Shown here piece by piece: positions 38,219 to 49,473 of a stretch of DNA of 64,000 nt. This DNA is from a bacterium (lineage in GTDB: Bacteria > Krumholzibacteriota > Krumholzibacteriia > G020349025), in assembly GCA_031362565.1 (NCBI GenBank), contig JANLSU010000070.1, positions 1-64,000 on the forward strand. Reading direction: 5' to 3'. Under the pieces are notes generated by a model. It searched no databases. It was not told where the DNA came from and saw only the letters and a list, made by a program, of their open reading frames with translations. Every line of letters starts with the position of its first letter. The stretch's first letter is position 1. The position numbers and the translations under genes are program-made.

Positions 38219-39580
38219 CTACTCCGAACTCTTGGGCAGATCGTACTTCTCGATCTTCTTGTAGAGATTGCTGCGCTGCATGTCGAGCTCGCGAGCGGTG
38301 CGGCTGACGTTGCCGTCGTTTTCGGACAGCTTGCGTTCGAGAAAACGTTTCTCGGCCTCGTCCTTGAATTCTTGGAATGTGCGGTGTGTGAACAGGCTGT
38401 CGTCGTCGGGATTGCGCGGGCCGACGGGATCGAGTGGCAGATCGACGGCGTCGATCCGGTCGCCGCGGGTCAGGATGAGGGCGCGCTCGACGAGATTGCG
38501 CAACTCGCGGACATTGCCCGGCCAGGGGTGCAGCACGAGGCGCTCGATCGCCTGCGACGTCATGGTCTTGGGACGCTGGCCGACGCCTTCGGACAAGCGC
38601 TGCAAGAAGTAGTTCGCGAGCAGCGGCACGTCGTCGCGGCGCTCCCGCAGCGGCGGGACGCGAATTGGCACGACATTCAGCCGGTAGAACAGATCTTCGC
38701 GGAATTGCCCGGCGCGGGACTCCGCCAATAGGTCTTTGTTCGTGGCGGCAATGACGCGGACATCGACGAGGCGCGTTTCGTTGCCGCCGACCTTCTCGAG
38801 CTTGCCTTCCTGCAGGACGCGCAGGACCTTGGCCTGCGCGGCCAGGCTCATATCGCCGATCTCGTCCAGAAACAACGTGCCGCGATCGGCCTGTTCGAAC
38901 TTGCCGACCCGGTTGGCGATCGCGCCGGTGAAACTCCCCTTCACGTGCCCGAACAGTTCCGACTCGATGAGTTCATCGGGAATCGCGGCGCAGTTCACTT
39001 CCACGAACGAATCGGCGGCGCGCCGGCTCTTGGCGTGAATGGCGCGCGCCACGAGCTCCTTGCCGGAGCCGTTTTCGCCGACGATGAGGACGCGCGCGTC
39101 GGTGGGAGCGACGCGTTCGATGGTGTCGCGGATGGTCTGCATCGCGGCACTCTGGCCCATCATTTCGTCGTGGCTCGGGTGGGTGCGCCGCAGTTCGCGG
39201 ATTTCGCGCGCCTGTTGCCGCTGCCGCAGTCCGTTGCGAATGACGGTCAGGAGGCGTTCCTGCTCCCAGGGTTTCTCGAGATAGTCATCGGCGCCGAGTT
39301 TCATGCACTCGACGGCGGTCTGCGTGTCGCCATGCGCGGTGACCATCACCACGAACGGTCCGTCATTGCGCTCGCGAATCCGCTGCAACACTTCCAAGCC
39401 GTCCATGCGCGGCATCTTGATGTCGAGCAGCACGACATCGACGGGTTCTTCGGCCAGCAGTTCCAAGGCGCGGAAGCCGTCCTCCGCGAGGCGGGTCTCG
39501 TAGCCGTTGTATTCGAGCAAGCGTTGCAGCGAAATGCGGATACTGTCTTCGTCGTCGACGATCAAGATGCGCTGGGCCAC
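38219..39580 (-). CDS. Sigma-54-dependent response regulator (NtrC/NtrX family)
   Basis: REC (ILIVDDE, LLDIKMP), GENGSGKE, GSFTGA, WPGNVREL, HTH. Confidence 0.93.
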   Translation of the reverse strand: MAQRILIVDDEDSIRISLQRLLEYNGYETRLAEDGFRALELLAEEPVDVVLLDIKMPRMDGLEVLQRIRERNDGPFVVMVTAHGDTQTAVECMKLGADDYLEKPWEQERLLTVIRNGLRQRQQAREIRELRRTHPSHDEMMGQSAAMQTIRDTIERVAPTDARVLIVGENGSGKELVARAIHAKSRRAADSFVEVNCAAIPDELIESELFGHVKGSFTGAIANRVGKFEQADRGTLFLDEIGDMSLAAQAKVLRVLQEGKLEKVGGNETRLVDVRVIAATNKDLLAESRAGQFREDLFYRLNVVPIRVPPLRERRDDVPLLANYFLQRLSEGVGQRPKTMTSQAIERLVLHPWPGNVRELRNLVERALILTRGDRIDAVDLPLDPVGPRNPDDDSLFTHRTFQEFKDEAEKRFLERKLSENDGNVSRTARELDMQRSNLYKKIEKYDLPKSSE

Positions 39581-39750
39581 GCGGGCGCTCCTTCGGTTCG
39601 CCCGGCCCAGAGGTCCGCCGGGACCGGCACATCATAGCACTGACCCCTTTTGGAGACACCCGAACTTGCGGGGGCAGGCCCCGGCAGCCTACGCTGGGGA
39701 TGGAACTCGGATTCGGTCCCGAGCCCCTTTACCCCGCCGACGGAGACTCG

Positions 39751-40803
39751 ATGATCGCGCTGAAAGGGCTCTTGTACGAGGAATTGGCCGCCGCGGTGGC
39801 GGCGCTCGGCTTCGAGCGCTACCGCACCGACCAAATCGTCGACTGGATCTATCGCAAGCGCGCCACCGACTTCGGCGCCATGACCAACTTGTCGGCCGAG
39901 CAGCGCACCCAACTGGAGTCGGCGTTCGATCTGACGGCCCTGGACGAGATCGCCCACCAAGTCTCGGCGCACGACGGAACGCGCAAATTCCTGCTGCGGG
40001 CGCGCGATGGCCAAGCGGCCGAAACCGTCCTCATGCCGATGGACGGCCATCACACCGTGTGCGTGTCGTCGCAAGTCGGCTGCCGTTTTGCTTGCAAGTT
40101 CTGCGTCACCGCGCGGCGCGGGCTCGTCCGCAACCTCGGCGCCGACGAGATCGTGCAACAGGTGTTGCATGCGCGGCGCTGGGCGGACGGCGGACTCAAC
40201 ATTGTGTTCATGGGCTTGGGCGAACCGCTCGACAACTTCGACGCGGTGGTCCAGGCGATCCGCGTCCTCACGGCGCCGGAGTTCGCGCCGATCGGCGCGC
40301 GCCGCATCACCGTCTCGACGACCGGCATTCCGGATCGCATCCGGGCTCTCGCCGATCTCGACCTGCGCGTCAAACTGGCGTTGTCGCTGAATGCGAGCGA
40401 CGATGCGAGCCGCAAGGCGCTGATGCCGGTGTCGGGACGCAATTCGCTCCTGGACACGCTCGCGGCGCTGGAGTATTTCGCGGCCCGCACCCGGCATCAC
40501 GTGACGCTCGAGTACGTGCTCTTGCGCGGCGTCAACGACCGCCCCGAAGACATCCGGCGCTTGCGGGCCCTGGGCGGGGCGGAGAAACCATTCAAGTTCA
40601 ACGTCATCCCGTGGAATCCCGATCCGCGGCTGAATTTCGAGCGGCCCGATCCGCCGACCGTGGCGGCATTCGCGGCGGCACTCGAGGGCGCGTTCCGTTC
40701 GGTAAGCGTGCGCTGGAGCAAAGGCGTCGACATCGACGCGGCGTGTGGCCAACTCTTCGGCAAGCTGCAGGATGGCGGCGCCCCGCGCGCTGCCGCCGGC
40801 TGA
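39751..40803 (+). CDS. rlmN: Dual-specificity RNA methyltransferase RlmN (radical SAM)
   Basis: DGTRKFL, CVSSQVGCRFACKFC, FMGLGEPL, ITVST, LEYVLLRGVND, DIDAACGQL. Confidence 0.92.
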   Translation: MIALKGLLYEELAAAVAALGFERYRTDQIVDWIYRKRATDFGAMTNLSAEQRTQLESAFDLTALDEIAHQVSAHDGTRKFLLRARDGQAAETVLMPMDGHHTVCVSSQVGCRFACKFCVTARRGLVRNLGADEIVQQVLHARRWADGGLNIVFMGLGEPLDNFDAVVQAIRVLTAPEFAPIGARRITVSTTGIPDRIRALADLDLRVKLALSLNASDDASRKALMPVSGRNSLLDTLAALEYFAARTRHHVTLEYVLLRGVNDRPEDIRRLRALGGAEKPFKFNVIPWNPDPRLNFERPDPPTVAAFAAALEGAFRSVSVRWSKGVDIDAACGQLFGKLQDGGAPRAAAG

Positions 40804-40819
40804 GCCGCGGACCGCGGCG

Positions 40820-42400
40820 ATGGAAAAGCTTCTCCTCGCACTGACGACCCTTGCCGCGGCGGTGCTGCTCGTAGCGGCGGTTGCGGCGATCCGCAGCGCC
40901 CGTCCGTTGCGCACCCGCCTCTTGGTGGCGTTCGTGGCGCTGGCACTCGTACCGTCGCTTCTGACGCTGGTCGCGTTGTGGCGTGAGTTGGCACCACCAG
41001 CGCGGCTGCGCGCCGCGCGCGGCGTCGAACGCGCCACCGAAGCGGCGCTCGGGCTGGCGCGCCATACGCTGGCGCTCCGCCATGCAACGGCGCTCGACGG
41101 CGCGACGACCGTGGCCGGTCGCCTGGCGATGAACGCCGATTCGATCCCGCCAGGACTCGATCGCATCGCGCCACCCGGTTGCGAAACACTCGTGTACGAC
41201 GTGCGGGCGCGGCGCTTGCGTGCAACGCACGGCGGCTGGACGCGCGCCGACGCGGAATGGTTCTTGGCGCAACCAGCGCTCGCATGGCCGGGCGCCAATC
41301 TTCCACCGCAGCTTCTGTCGACGCCGGATTCCGTCTCCGTCGTCATCGCCGTCGCCCGTGTTCCGGCGCGCCCCGACGAGCGGGTACTGGTCGCGGTGCC
41401 GATCGAGCCGCAGGAAGCGCGCGCCCTCGTCTCGGTGGTGGAAAGCGTTCGTCATTCGCAACGCCTCGACTTCTTGGAGGACCTGCGGCGCCGCACTGCA
41501 GCGCGCCTCATGGCGGTTTTCGCACTGCTGAACGTCGCGGCAGCGGTCGGGCTCGGCCTGCAGCTCGCGCGCCGTGTCACCCGTCCGATCGAACGCCTGC
41601 AGCGCGCATTCGAGTCCGTCGCCGGCGGCGACCTGGGACATCAAGTCGACCTTGGGCGCGACAGCGAGGGTGAGATTGGTGCATTGCTGCACGGTTTCAA
41701 CCGCATGAGCCGCGATGTGCAAGAGAGCAAATTCGAACTCGTGCGCGCCACACGGCTCGCCGCGTGGCAAGATGTCGCGCGCCGGTTGGCACACGAGATC
41801 AAGAATCCACTGACGCCGATCACCCTGTCGATCCACCGTCTGCGCGGCCGCATCGGCGCCGAGGATGCCGTCGTACGCGAATGCCTCGACACGGTGCTCG
41901 AGGAGACGTCGCACTTGGAACGGCTGGCGAATGAATTCTCCACTTTCGCGCGCTTGCCGAAGCCCGACCTGCGAACCATCGATCCGGTGCCGGTGTTGCA
42001 ACAGGTCCTCGACCTCTACTCAGCGCATCCGGGGATCGAAGTGCGGGCGGCCTTCGACGCCATGCCGGCGATCGTCGCCGACCGGGATCAAGTCCGCCAG
42101 GTGTTCACGAATTTGGCGAAGAACGCCGTCGAAGCAATGCCCGGCGGCGGCACGCTGCAGGTCGATTGGCATCGCGACGGTGAACGGATCACGATCGTTT
42201 TCGCGGATTCCGGCAGCGGCTTCGCGCCCGAAGCACTGGCGCATCTCTTCGATCCGACTTTCACCACCAAACCCACCGGCAGCGGCCTCGGTTTGGCGAT
42301 CGTGCGCCGCATCGTCGAAGACCACGGTGGCAGCATCGAGGTCGAGAACCGGACGCCGCGCGGCGCCCAAATTCGCGTCCGCCTCCGCGTCGCCATGTGA
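40820..42400 (+). CDS. HAMP-domain sensor histidine kinase (NtrY-like)
   Basis: Two TM segments, HAMP, AWQDVARRLAHEIKNPLTPI, NLAKNA, DSGSG, FTTKPTGSGLGLAI. Confidence 0.9.
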   Translation: MEKLLLALTTLAAAVLLVAAVAAIRSARPLRTRLLVAFVALALVPSLLTLVALWRELAPPARLRAARGVERATEAALGLARHTLALRHATALDGATTVAGRLAMNADSIPPGLDRIAPPGCETLVYDVRARRLRATHGGWTRADAEWFLAQPALAWPGANLPPQLLSTPDSVSVVIAVARVPARPDERVLVAVPIEPQEARALVSVVESVRHSQRLDFLEDLRRRTAARLMAVFALLNVAAAVGLGLQLARRVTRPIERLQRAFESVAGGDLGHQVDLGRDSEGEIGALLHGFNRMSRDVQESKFELVRATRLAAWQDVARRLAHEIKNPLTPITLSIHRLRGRIGAEDAVVRECLDTVLEETSHLERLANEFSTFARLPKPDLRTIDPVPVLQQVLDLYSAHPGIEVRAAFDAMPAIVADRDQVRQVFTNLAKNAVEAMPGGGTLQVDWHRDGERITIVFADSGSGFAPEALAHLFDPTFTTKPTGSGLGLAIVRRIVEDHGGSIEVENRTPRGAQIRVRLRVAM

Positions 42401-42420
42401 GCGACGCTGGAGCGCCGCTC

Positions 42421-44544
42421 TTAGGGGGACTGCCTCAGAGCGGCGCCGGGCTCCGGAATCGCGAACCCCAAGCTGCGACTGGTGCGCTCCTCGGTCACCG
42501 GGTCGCGGATCTCGATGACCAGGGCGTAGGAGCCGGCCGCCAGGTCGCGGATGTCGACGGCGAGACTTTGCGGTTCCCGGTCGCGACGCGCCTGCAGTTC
42601 GAACGTCGATTCGACGGCGGCGCGGGGTTCGCGGCGGCCCGCGGTGGCAGCGCGGAATTGATTGCCAAAACGCCACGGCGGCGGCTGGACCTGGACGCGA
42701 TAGGTGACCGCGATCAGCCGCCGCGCCTCGAGCGCGGCGCACGACGGGTAGACCTCGAAATACACCCGCAACTGGCCATCGGTGACCAACGAGTCGACGC
42801 GCGGCACCACGACCGCCGTGGCGAGATCCGCGGCCGGCGGCTCGACGGACGGCGCCGTCATGTCTTCGAGCCGGCTCGAACGCCTACCGCCGGCTGCAGC
42901 CGCTGTCTCGTCGCGCAGTTCGTACGCCGGCAACAGATCGCTCATCTGCAGTGCATTCAGATTCGGTGGCTCGATCTCGAGCGGCCGTCGCGCTGCGGCG
43001 CGCCACCCGGGCGCCGTGCCGCTGGGGGTGCCGGTGATGTCGAGTGCCACCTCGTGCGCCGGCGGCGGCACATCGAACCGCACCCATCCGACCAGGCCGC
43101 CGGCGTCCCGGCGGGCGAACTCAGCCCGCTCCGGCGCGACCTCGGCACTCGCTGCCGCCTGGCCGGCAGTGCGCCATGCCGCCGCCCGAAGGTCGATACC
43201 TTTCGTCTCCGGTTCAGCATGCACTTCATACACCAGCGCCAGCGTCGTGTGGCCGTGAGCGGCGCGGAAGCGCGCCGCAAGGAAGTGCCAATACTGCGGC
43301 GCACGGCCAAGGTCGATGGAGGTGCGGTCGGGAGCCTGATCGAATGGTTCGCGAGCACTGAAATCATCGCCGGCGCCGCGCCGGACCAGCACGTAGTCGC
43401 CGTTCAAGTACTCGTCGAAGAACATGAAGGACATGGGGTCGCCGTCGATCTGCGGATAAATCCATTTCAAGATGCGTGAACCCGAGTCGCGCGTCATCTT
43501 GTCGGGCCGCCCCCAGCGCACATACACGACGCCGCGATCGGTTTCGTTCCCGGGCCGCCGGCGGCGCGCCGGCTCGAACCAAAAATCGGCTTCAATGATG
43601 CGCGCCACGTGCTCGATCAAGCGCTCGTTGACGAGAGTCGTGGGGGTCGGATCGCAGCGCCACCAATACTGCTCCGAGATCGAGTCGCGTTGGGACTGGG
43701 TGTAGAGACGATAGGCGCCGAGGCTATCGGGTGGCAGAACGCGGCCGGCGCCAGTCCACACGGCGCGATCGTCCGGCATCATGCAATCGAGGGCGCGCGT
43801 CAAACTCGCGGCCGCCGGCTCCGGCCGCCGGGCGCGTTCTTCGATCGCCGCCCCAAGGAGGGCAAAACGCGTTTCGCAGCCGGTCCGCGCCGCGACCGGC
43901 GCGCACAGGGCGCGGGCCGCATCGACGTCACCGCGCCCGAACAGTTGCAAGCAAGCGAGGCGATAGCGCACTTCGTCATCGTTCGGGTTGGCAGCGAGTG
44001 CACGCCGGAAGCAGCGCATGGTGCTGTCGCACAGCGCCGCCGACTCGAACTCTTCACGATAGTCCTGCAGCAATTCGAGTCCGAGCGTCGCCCACGCCGT
44101 GCCGAGGGTCGAATCGAGTGCCACCGCCCGCCCCAGCACTTCGATGCTCTCGTGGTGGTAGCCCTGCGTGTGCAGCACACCGCCGAGCGCTTCGCGGTAG
44201 ACGCCGTTCTGCGGCGCGCGCGCCACCGCATCGCGCAGCGCCTTGGCCGCCAAGGCGCGCGCTTCGGGGCTGCGGCCGCGGGCCTGCAGGCGGCCGAGAT
44301 GGAACAGGATGCGGTCGTCATGCGGGTGTTCGAAATGCGCTCGCTCGAGCAGCTTCAGCGCCGCCGCGCTGTCACCCAACGCGAGCGCGTCGAGTCCGTC
44401 GGCAAACAGAATGCTGCCACGCGCCGCGCCCATGCCGCAGCCCGCTTGCCCGCCGGCGGCAACGGCCACCGCAGTCACGAGCCCGGCGGCGCAAGCGACA
44501 CGCCGCCATGCCCGCCAACGAGTGTGTCGCGAACCGATTTGCAT
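42421..44544 (-). CDS. TPR + GWxTD-domain protein (probable lipoprotein)
   Basis: TPR-like helices, WWRCDPTPTTLVNERLIEH..A, GNETDRGVVYVRWGRPD, C-terminal Ig-like domain; QAGC lipobox-like. Confidence 0.75.
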   Translation of the reverse strand: MQIGSRHTRWRAWRRVACAAGLVTAVAVAAGGQAGCGMGAARGSILFADGLDALALGDSAAALKLLERAHFEHPHDDRILFHLGRLQARGRSPEARALAAKALRDAVARAPQNGVYREALGGVLHTQGYHHESIEVLGRAVALDSTLGTAWATLGLELLQDYREEFESAALCDSTMRCFRRALAANPNDDEVRYRLACLQLFGRGDVDAARALCAPVAARTGCETRFALLGAAIEERARRPEPAAASLTRALDCMMPDDRAVWTGAGRVLPPDSLGAYRLYTQSQRDSISEQYWWRCDPTPTTLVNERLIEHVARIIEADFWFEPARRRRPGNETDRGVVYVRWGRPDKMTRDSGSRILKWIYPQIDGDPMSFMFFDEYLNGDYVLVRRGAGDDFSAREPFDQAPDRTSIDLGRAPQYWHFLAARFRAAHGHTTLALVYEVHAEPETKGIDLRAAAWRTAGQAAASAEVAPERAEFARRDAGGLVGWVRFDVPPPAHEVALDITGTPSGTAPGWRAAARRPLEIEPPNLNALQMSDLLPAYELRDETAAAAGGRRSSRLEDMTAPSVEPPAADLATAVVVPRVDSLVTDGQLRVYFEVYPSCAALEARRLIAVTYRVQVQPPPWRFGNQFRAATAGRREPRAAVESTFELQARRDREPQSLAVDIRDLAAGSYALVIEIRDPVTEERTSRSLGFAIPEPGAALRQSP

Positions 44545-44624
44545 GCCGTCATGGTAGGTGGTGCGGGGGTGGCGCGCAACCGCCGCACCTTGGATATCGG
44601 CTACAATGCGGCGAGGGAGGACGC

Positions 44625-46016
<1,392 letters not shown>

Positions 46017-46150
46017 TCGGTTCCCGTCGTCACAACGACAGCCGCCGGTGTCGTCTCGACATCCGGCTCACTTCCAGTCCGGCCCACCGCCTGTTGCATA
46101 ACTTCCTGTCAATACGATCCTTCCGCAAAACGCCTCGGGACTTCCGCCGA

Positions 46151-46166
46151 GGGCACACCGAATGCT
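46151..46166 (+). promoter_or_regulatory. Probable sigma-54 promoter for the CBM48-Omp85 gene
   Basis: GGGCACACCGAATGCT (GG-N10-GC); palindromes GTCGT-N4-ACGAC (46026-46039) and TGTCG-N3-CGACA (46049-46061) upstream. Confidence 0.5.
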
Positions 46167-46280
46167 TTATGGGCCTGGCGAGCGGGTCCGCGAACACGCT
46201 CTCGTTTAGTCAACCGACACCCACGGGACAGATCCCCTCCGGCGGACCCGCTCACCGAATACTTGGCAGGAGGACCGTAC

Positions 46281-47783
46281 GTGCGCCGCAGCAAACTCCA
46301 AGGGTCCCTCACCGCACTGGCGCTCGCCGCCGGATGCGCGCTTGCGGGCCGCGCCGTCGCCTCCGATCTCGGTCTCGACGACTTGTTCCCCCATGCCCAC
46401 TCCGGCCGCGTCGTGTTCAGCGTCGAAGCCCCCGAGGACGCTGCCGTGTCGCTCGTTGGTGACTTCAACCACTGGGACGACAAAGCGACGCCCATGCGCC
46501 ATGTCGGCCGCGGATTGTTCGAAGTCGCGATCGAGCTCGAGCCGGGCGGCCATTCGTACAAGTTCGTCGTCGATGGCCGCCGGCGTCTTGACGCTTCGAA
46601 CCCGGAAGAAGTCAGCGATGCGGACGGCGCCGTCAATTCGCGCCTGACGGTGCTCGACAACGGCCGCGTGTCCGAGCGCAGTCACTGGCAACACCATCCG
46701 CGCCGCCGCCGTGACGTCGGCATCCCCTATTCGCATGCGAACTTCGAAGTCAACGGCAACATGTCGTTCAATCGCGTCGACGGCACCAGCCTGTGGCTCA
46801 AGCCGTCGTACCGCGCCACCGACGACTACACGCCGGAGTTCGATGCGTCGTTCGGCTACGGCTGGGAAAGCGAACGCATGACGATCGATGCGGACTTCGC
46901 GCAGCCGGTGGCTCCGAACCGCCTGGTGTTCGTCGGGCTCCACTTGATGGACGGCACCGCCTACGACAATCAGTCGGAAGTGGGCATCGGCGAGAACACC
47001 ATGGCAGCGCTGCTCTTCAAGCACGATTTCAACGATTACTACGACGTGCGCGGCGTGGAGCCTTATGTGCGACTCCACTTGCCCATGCGCTCGACACTGC
47101 GGGTCGCGTACGCATCCGAGGACTACTCGAGCCTGGCGTCCGAGACCCAGTGGAGCTTCTTCAAGGCAGGCCGCGATCGTTTCCGTCCCAACCCACACCT
47201 CTTCTTGCTCAGCGACCCGGACGGATTCGGCGGCGAGGGACGCTTGAGCGCGACGCGCTTCGAACTGATCACCGACACGCGCCGCGCCCGGCATGTCGGT
47301 ACGGTCGGCTTCTACGGCCGCGGCTTCTTCGAAGTGGGTGGCGGCGACTTCGACTACGCGCGCTGGATCGCCGATGGCCGTGCCTACATGCGGCTCGGCC
47401 GCCCGGTCCACTTGGCGGTGCGGGTGCGCGGTGGAGCACGCGTGGCGGGCGATGCGATTCCGTCCCAGAAGCTCTTCTATGTGGGCGGGCTCGGCACGGT
47501 CCGCGGGCATGCGTTCCGCGCCCAGTACGGCGACCGCGAACTGCTCGGTAACCTCGAATACACATTTCTGTTCGACCGGATGAATCACGGTGCGGTCGTT
47601 TTCTACGACGCCGGCACCGCTTGGAACTCGGATCAGGCGCATTGGCGCGACACCGATGTCCTGCAAGCGATCGGTTTTGGCTTCAAGAGTTCGGACGACG
47701 ATTTCCAGGTCAACATGGCCAAGCCGATTGGCCAGTCGAAGGGTGCGATCGAGACGACGGTGCGGTTGAACAGAACGTTCTGA
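46281..47783 (+). CDS. Outer-membrane protein: glycogen-binding (CBM48/AMPK-beta-like) domain + Omp85/BamA-TamA-type barrel
   Basis: AGGAGG RBS, signal peptide, VSLVGDFNHW..YKFVVDG, FNRVDG, GGLGTVRGH, FYDAGTAW, C-terminal Phe. Confidence 0.8.
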   Translation: MRRSKLQGSLTALALAAGCALAGRAVASDLGLDDLFPHAHSGRVVFSVEAPEDAAVSLVGDFNHWDDKATPMRHVGRGLFEVAIELEPGGHSYKFVVDGRRRLDASNPEEVSDADGAVNSRLTVLDNGRVSERSHWQHHPRRRRDVGIPYSHANFEVNGNMSFNRVDGTSLWLKPSYRATDDYTPEFDASFGYGWESERMTIDADFAQPVAPNRLVFVGLHLMDGTAYDNQSEVGIGENTMAALLFKHDFNDYYDVRGVEPYVRLHLPMRSTLRVAYASEDYSSLASETQWSFFKAGRDRFRPNPHLFLLSDPDGFGGEGRLSATRFELITDTRRARHVGTVGFYGRGFFEVGGGDFDYARWIADGRAYMRLGRPVHLAVRVRGGARVAGDAIPSQKLFYVGGLGTVRGHAFRAQYGDRELLGNLEYTFLFDRMNHGAVVFYDAGTAWNSDQAHWRDTDVLQAIGFGFKSSDDDFQVNMAKPIGQSKGAIETTVRLNRTF

Positions 47784-48016
47784 CGCCGCGCCATCAGAAG
47801 AGAACGCTGCGGGGGGCCGGTTGGAGAAGGACGAGCCCTCGGGCCGGGCGCGTCATGTGCTGGCCTCCCCTGGCGACACGCGCCCGCCGGCAATGCCGGC
47901 GGGCGTGTTGCTTTCAGGCGCTGGATTGGGCGTGCATCGGCGCCGACGATCCCCGTGCTAGACTGCCACCTTCGTGACGTGAGTCTTGAAAACACGGACA
48001 CGGCGCGAAGGGCAGC

Positions 48017-48724
48017 TTGGTGAAGGCTCCGGCGTTTCTGACCGCGCTGATGATTCTTGGCGCTGCGGTCTGCACGGCGAATGCGACGCAGGTGCGCATC
48101 GAGCGCATCGGCGCGACCTCGCAGAGCTACGTGTTCGTCGATTACAGCGTCGACAACCCCTTCGAAGACAAAACGCTCGAGGCGATCCGCTCGGGCCTCC
48201 CGAGCACCCTCACTTACACCATCGAAGTTTGGCGCCAACGGCCCGGCTGGTGGGACAAGCTCGAGGAAGCGCGCGAGTTCCAGTTCCGGGTGCTGCGCGA
48301 CCTGCTGAACGATCAATACGTGCTGGCTTCACGCGAAGATGTGCGGCGCTTCCCGGGCCTCGATTCGCTGTCGGTCGTCGCCTGCGCGCACCGGCGTGAG
48401 TACCTGCGGCCGCTGGCGCCGGACAAACCGTACTACGTGGTGGTGAGCGTCAACTTGGCACCGCTGTCGATCGACGACCTGCGTGAACTCGAGACCTGGC
48501 TGCAAGGCACGATCCGCACCGGCGAGGGCGAACGCGGCGGCATCACCGGGCTCTCCGGCACGATGGTCGGCATGCTGTTATCGGCGACGGGATTCGGCGA
48601 TCAAACGGTTCGCCGCCGTTCGGTGACCTTCGTACCCCAGGAGTTGCCGCGCGTCCAAGGCGTCGAACCGCGGGCGATCGCCGGCAGCGGCCGCGACAGT
48701 TCGGGGACGCGCCACGCTCCTTGA
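48017..48724 (+). CDS. DUF4390-like secreted protein
   Basis: Signal peptide; EAIRSGLPSTLTYTIEVWRQRPGWWD pattern. Confidence 0.65.
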   Translation: MVKAPAFLTALMILGAAVCTANATQVRIERIGATSQSYVFVDYSVDNPFEDKTLEAIRSGLPSTLTYTIEVWRQRPGWWDKLEEAREFQFRVLRDLLNDQYVLASREDVRRFPGLDSLSVVACAHRREYLRPLAPDKPYYVVVSVNLAPLSIDDLRELETWLQGTIRTGEGERGGITGLSGTMVGMLLSATGFGDQTVRRRSVTFVPQELPRVQGVEPRAIAGSGRDSSGTRHAP

Positions 48725-48746
48725 CACCCGCCAGGCGGGCGCGCGT

Positions 48747-49367
48747 TCAGGTGAGCGCGGCGGCGGCGGCGGGGAAATTCGCGGCGAGCCGCTGGCGCAC
48801 CGCGGCGCGCAGATCACGGCTCACCGCCGCTGCGGCCTGCGCCCCGTCCACGACCGCCCACCCGTCACGGGTCGCGAGGCGCGTGTAGTGGGAGCGTGCT
48901 TCTTCGAGCAACCGCATGTCGCGTTCGTAGTCGTCGCGGCCGCTGGCCTTGCGGCGGTAGGACTCCGCCGGCTGGATATCCACGAGAATGGTGAGGTCGG
49001 CGCCGAGCAGGCCCCTCTCGAGGCCACGAAGCCACGTTTCGTCCAGGCCCTGTGACAATCCATAGACCACGTTCGAAGCCGTATAGCGGTCGACGCAGAC
49101 AAGCGCGTTCGCCTCACACAGATGGCGCAGCTCGGTATCTTTTTCCCAACGATTGGCGGCGAACAACATGGCACGCGTGCGGGCGTCGCTGGCAATGCCA
49201 TCGCTCAGCAAGGAGCGGATGAGACGGCCGATCGGCGTTTCGTAGTCCGGATAGTGGCGCACTTCGGACCGCAGACCGCCGGCCGCGAGCGCTGACTGCA
49301 GCGATCGCGCTTGGGTTTCCTTGCCCGCTTGATCGATCCCCTCGAGCACAACGAGTGCGCCGCGCAT
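48747..49367 (-). CDS. tmk: Thymidylate kinase
   Basis: LEGIDQAGKETQ P-loop, LFAANRWE, VDRYTASNVVYG. Confidence 0.9.
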   Translation of the reverse strand: MRGALVVLEGIDQAGKETQARSLQSALAAGGLRSEVRHYPDYETPIGRLIRSLLSDGIASDARTRAMLFAANRWEKDTELRHLCEANALVCVDRYTASNVVYGLSQGLDETWLRGLERGLLGADLTILVDIQPAESYRRKASGRDDYERDMRLLEEARSHYTRLATRDGWAVVDGAQAAAAVSRDLRAAVRQRLAANFPAAAAALT

Positions 49368-49473
49368 ACGGTGCGTCCATCCGGTGTGAGTTACGAGCGT
49401 GCGGGACCGCAGCAGAACTGCGGCCGGCGACACCCTAACACCGGGCAACGGGTCGCGTCCAGGGGAGGCGCAT

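Noticed and set aside
39751..40803. Radical SAM enzyme as RiPP maturase for the small peptides
   Set aside because: Motifs are clearly RlmN (MGxGEP, DIxAACGQL); no SPASM or RRE domain.
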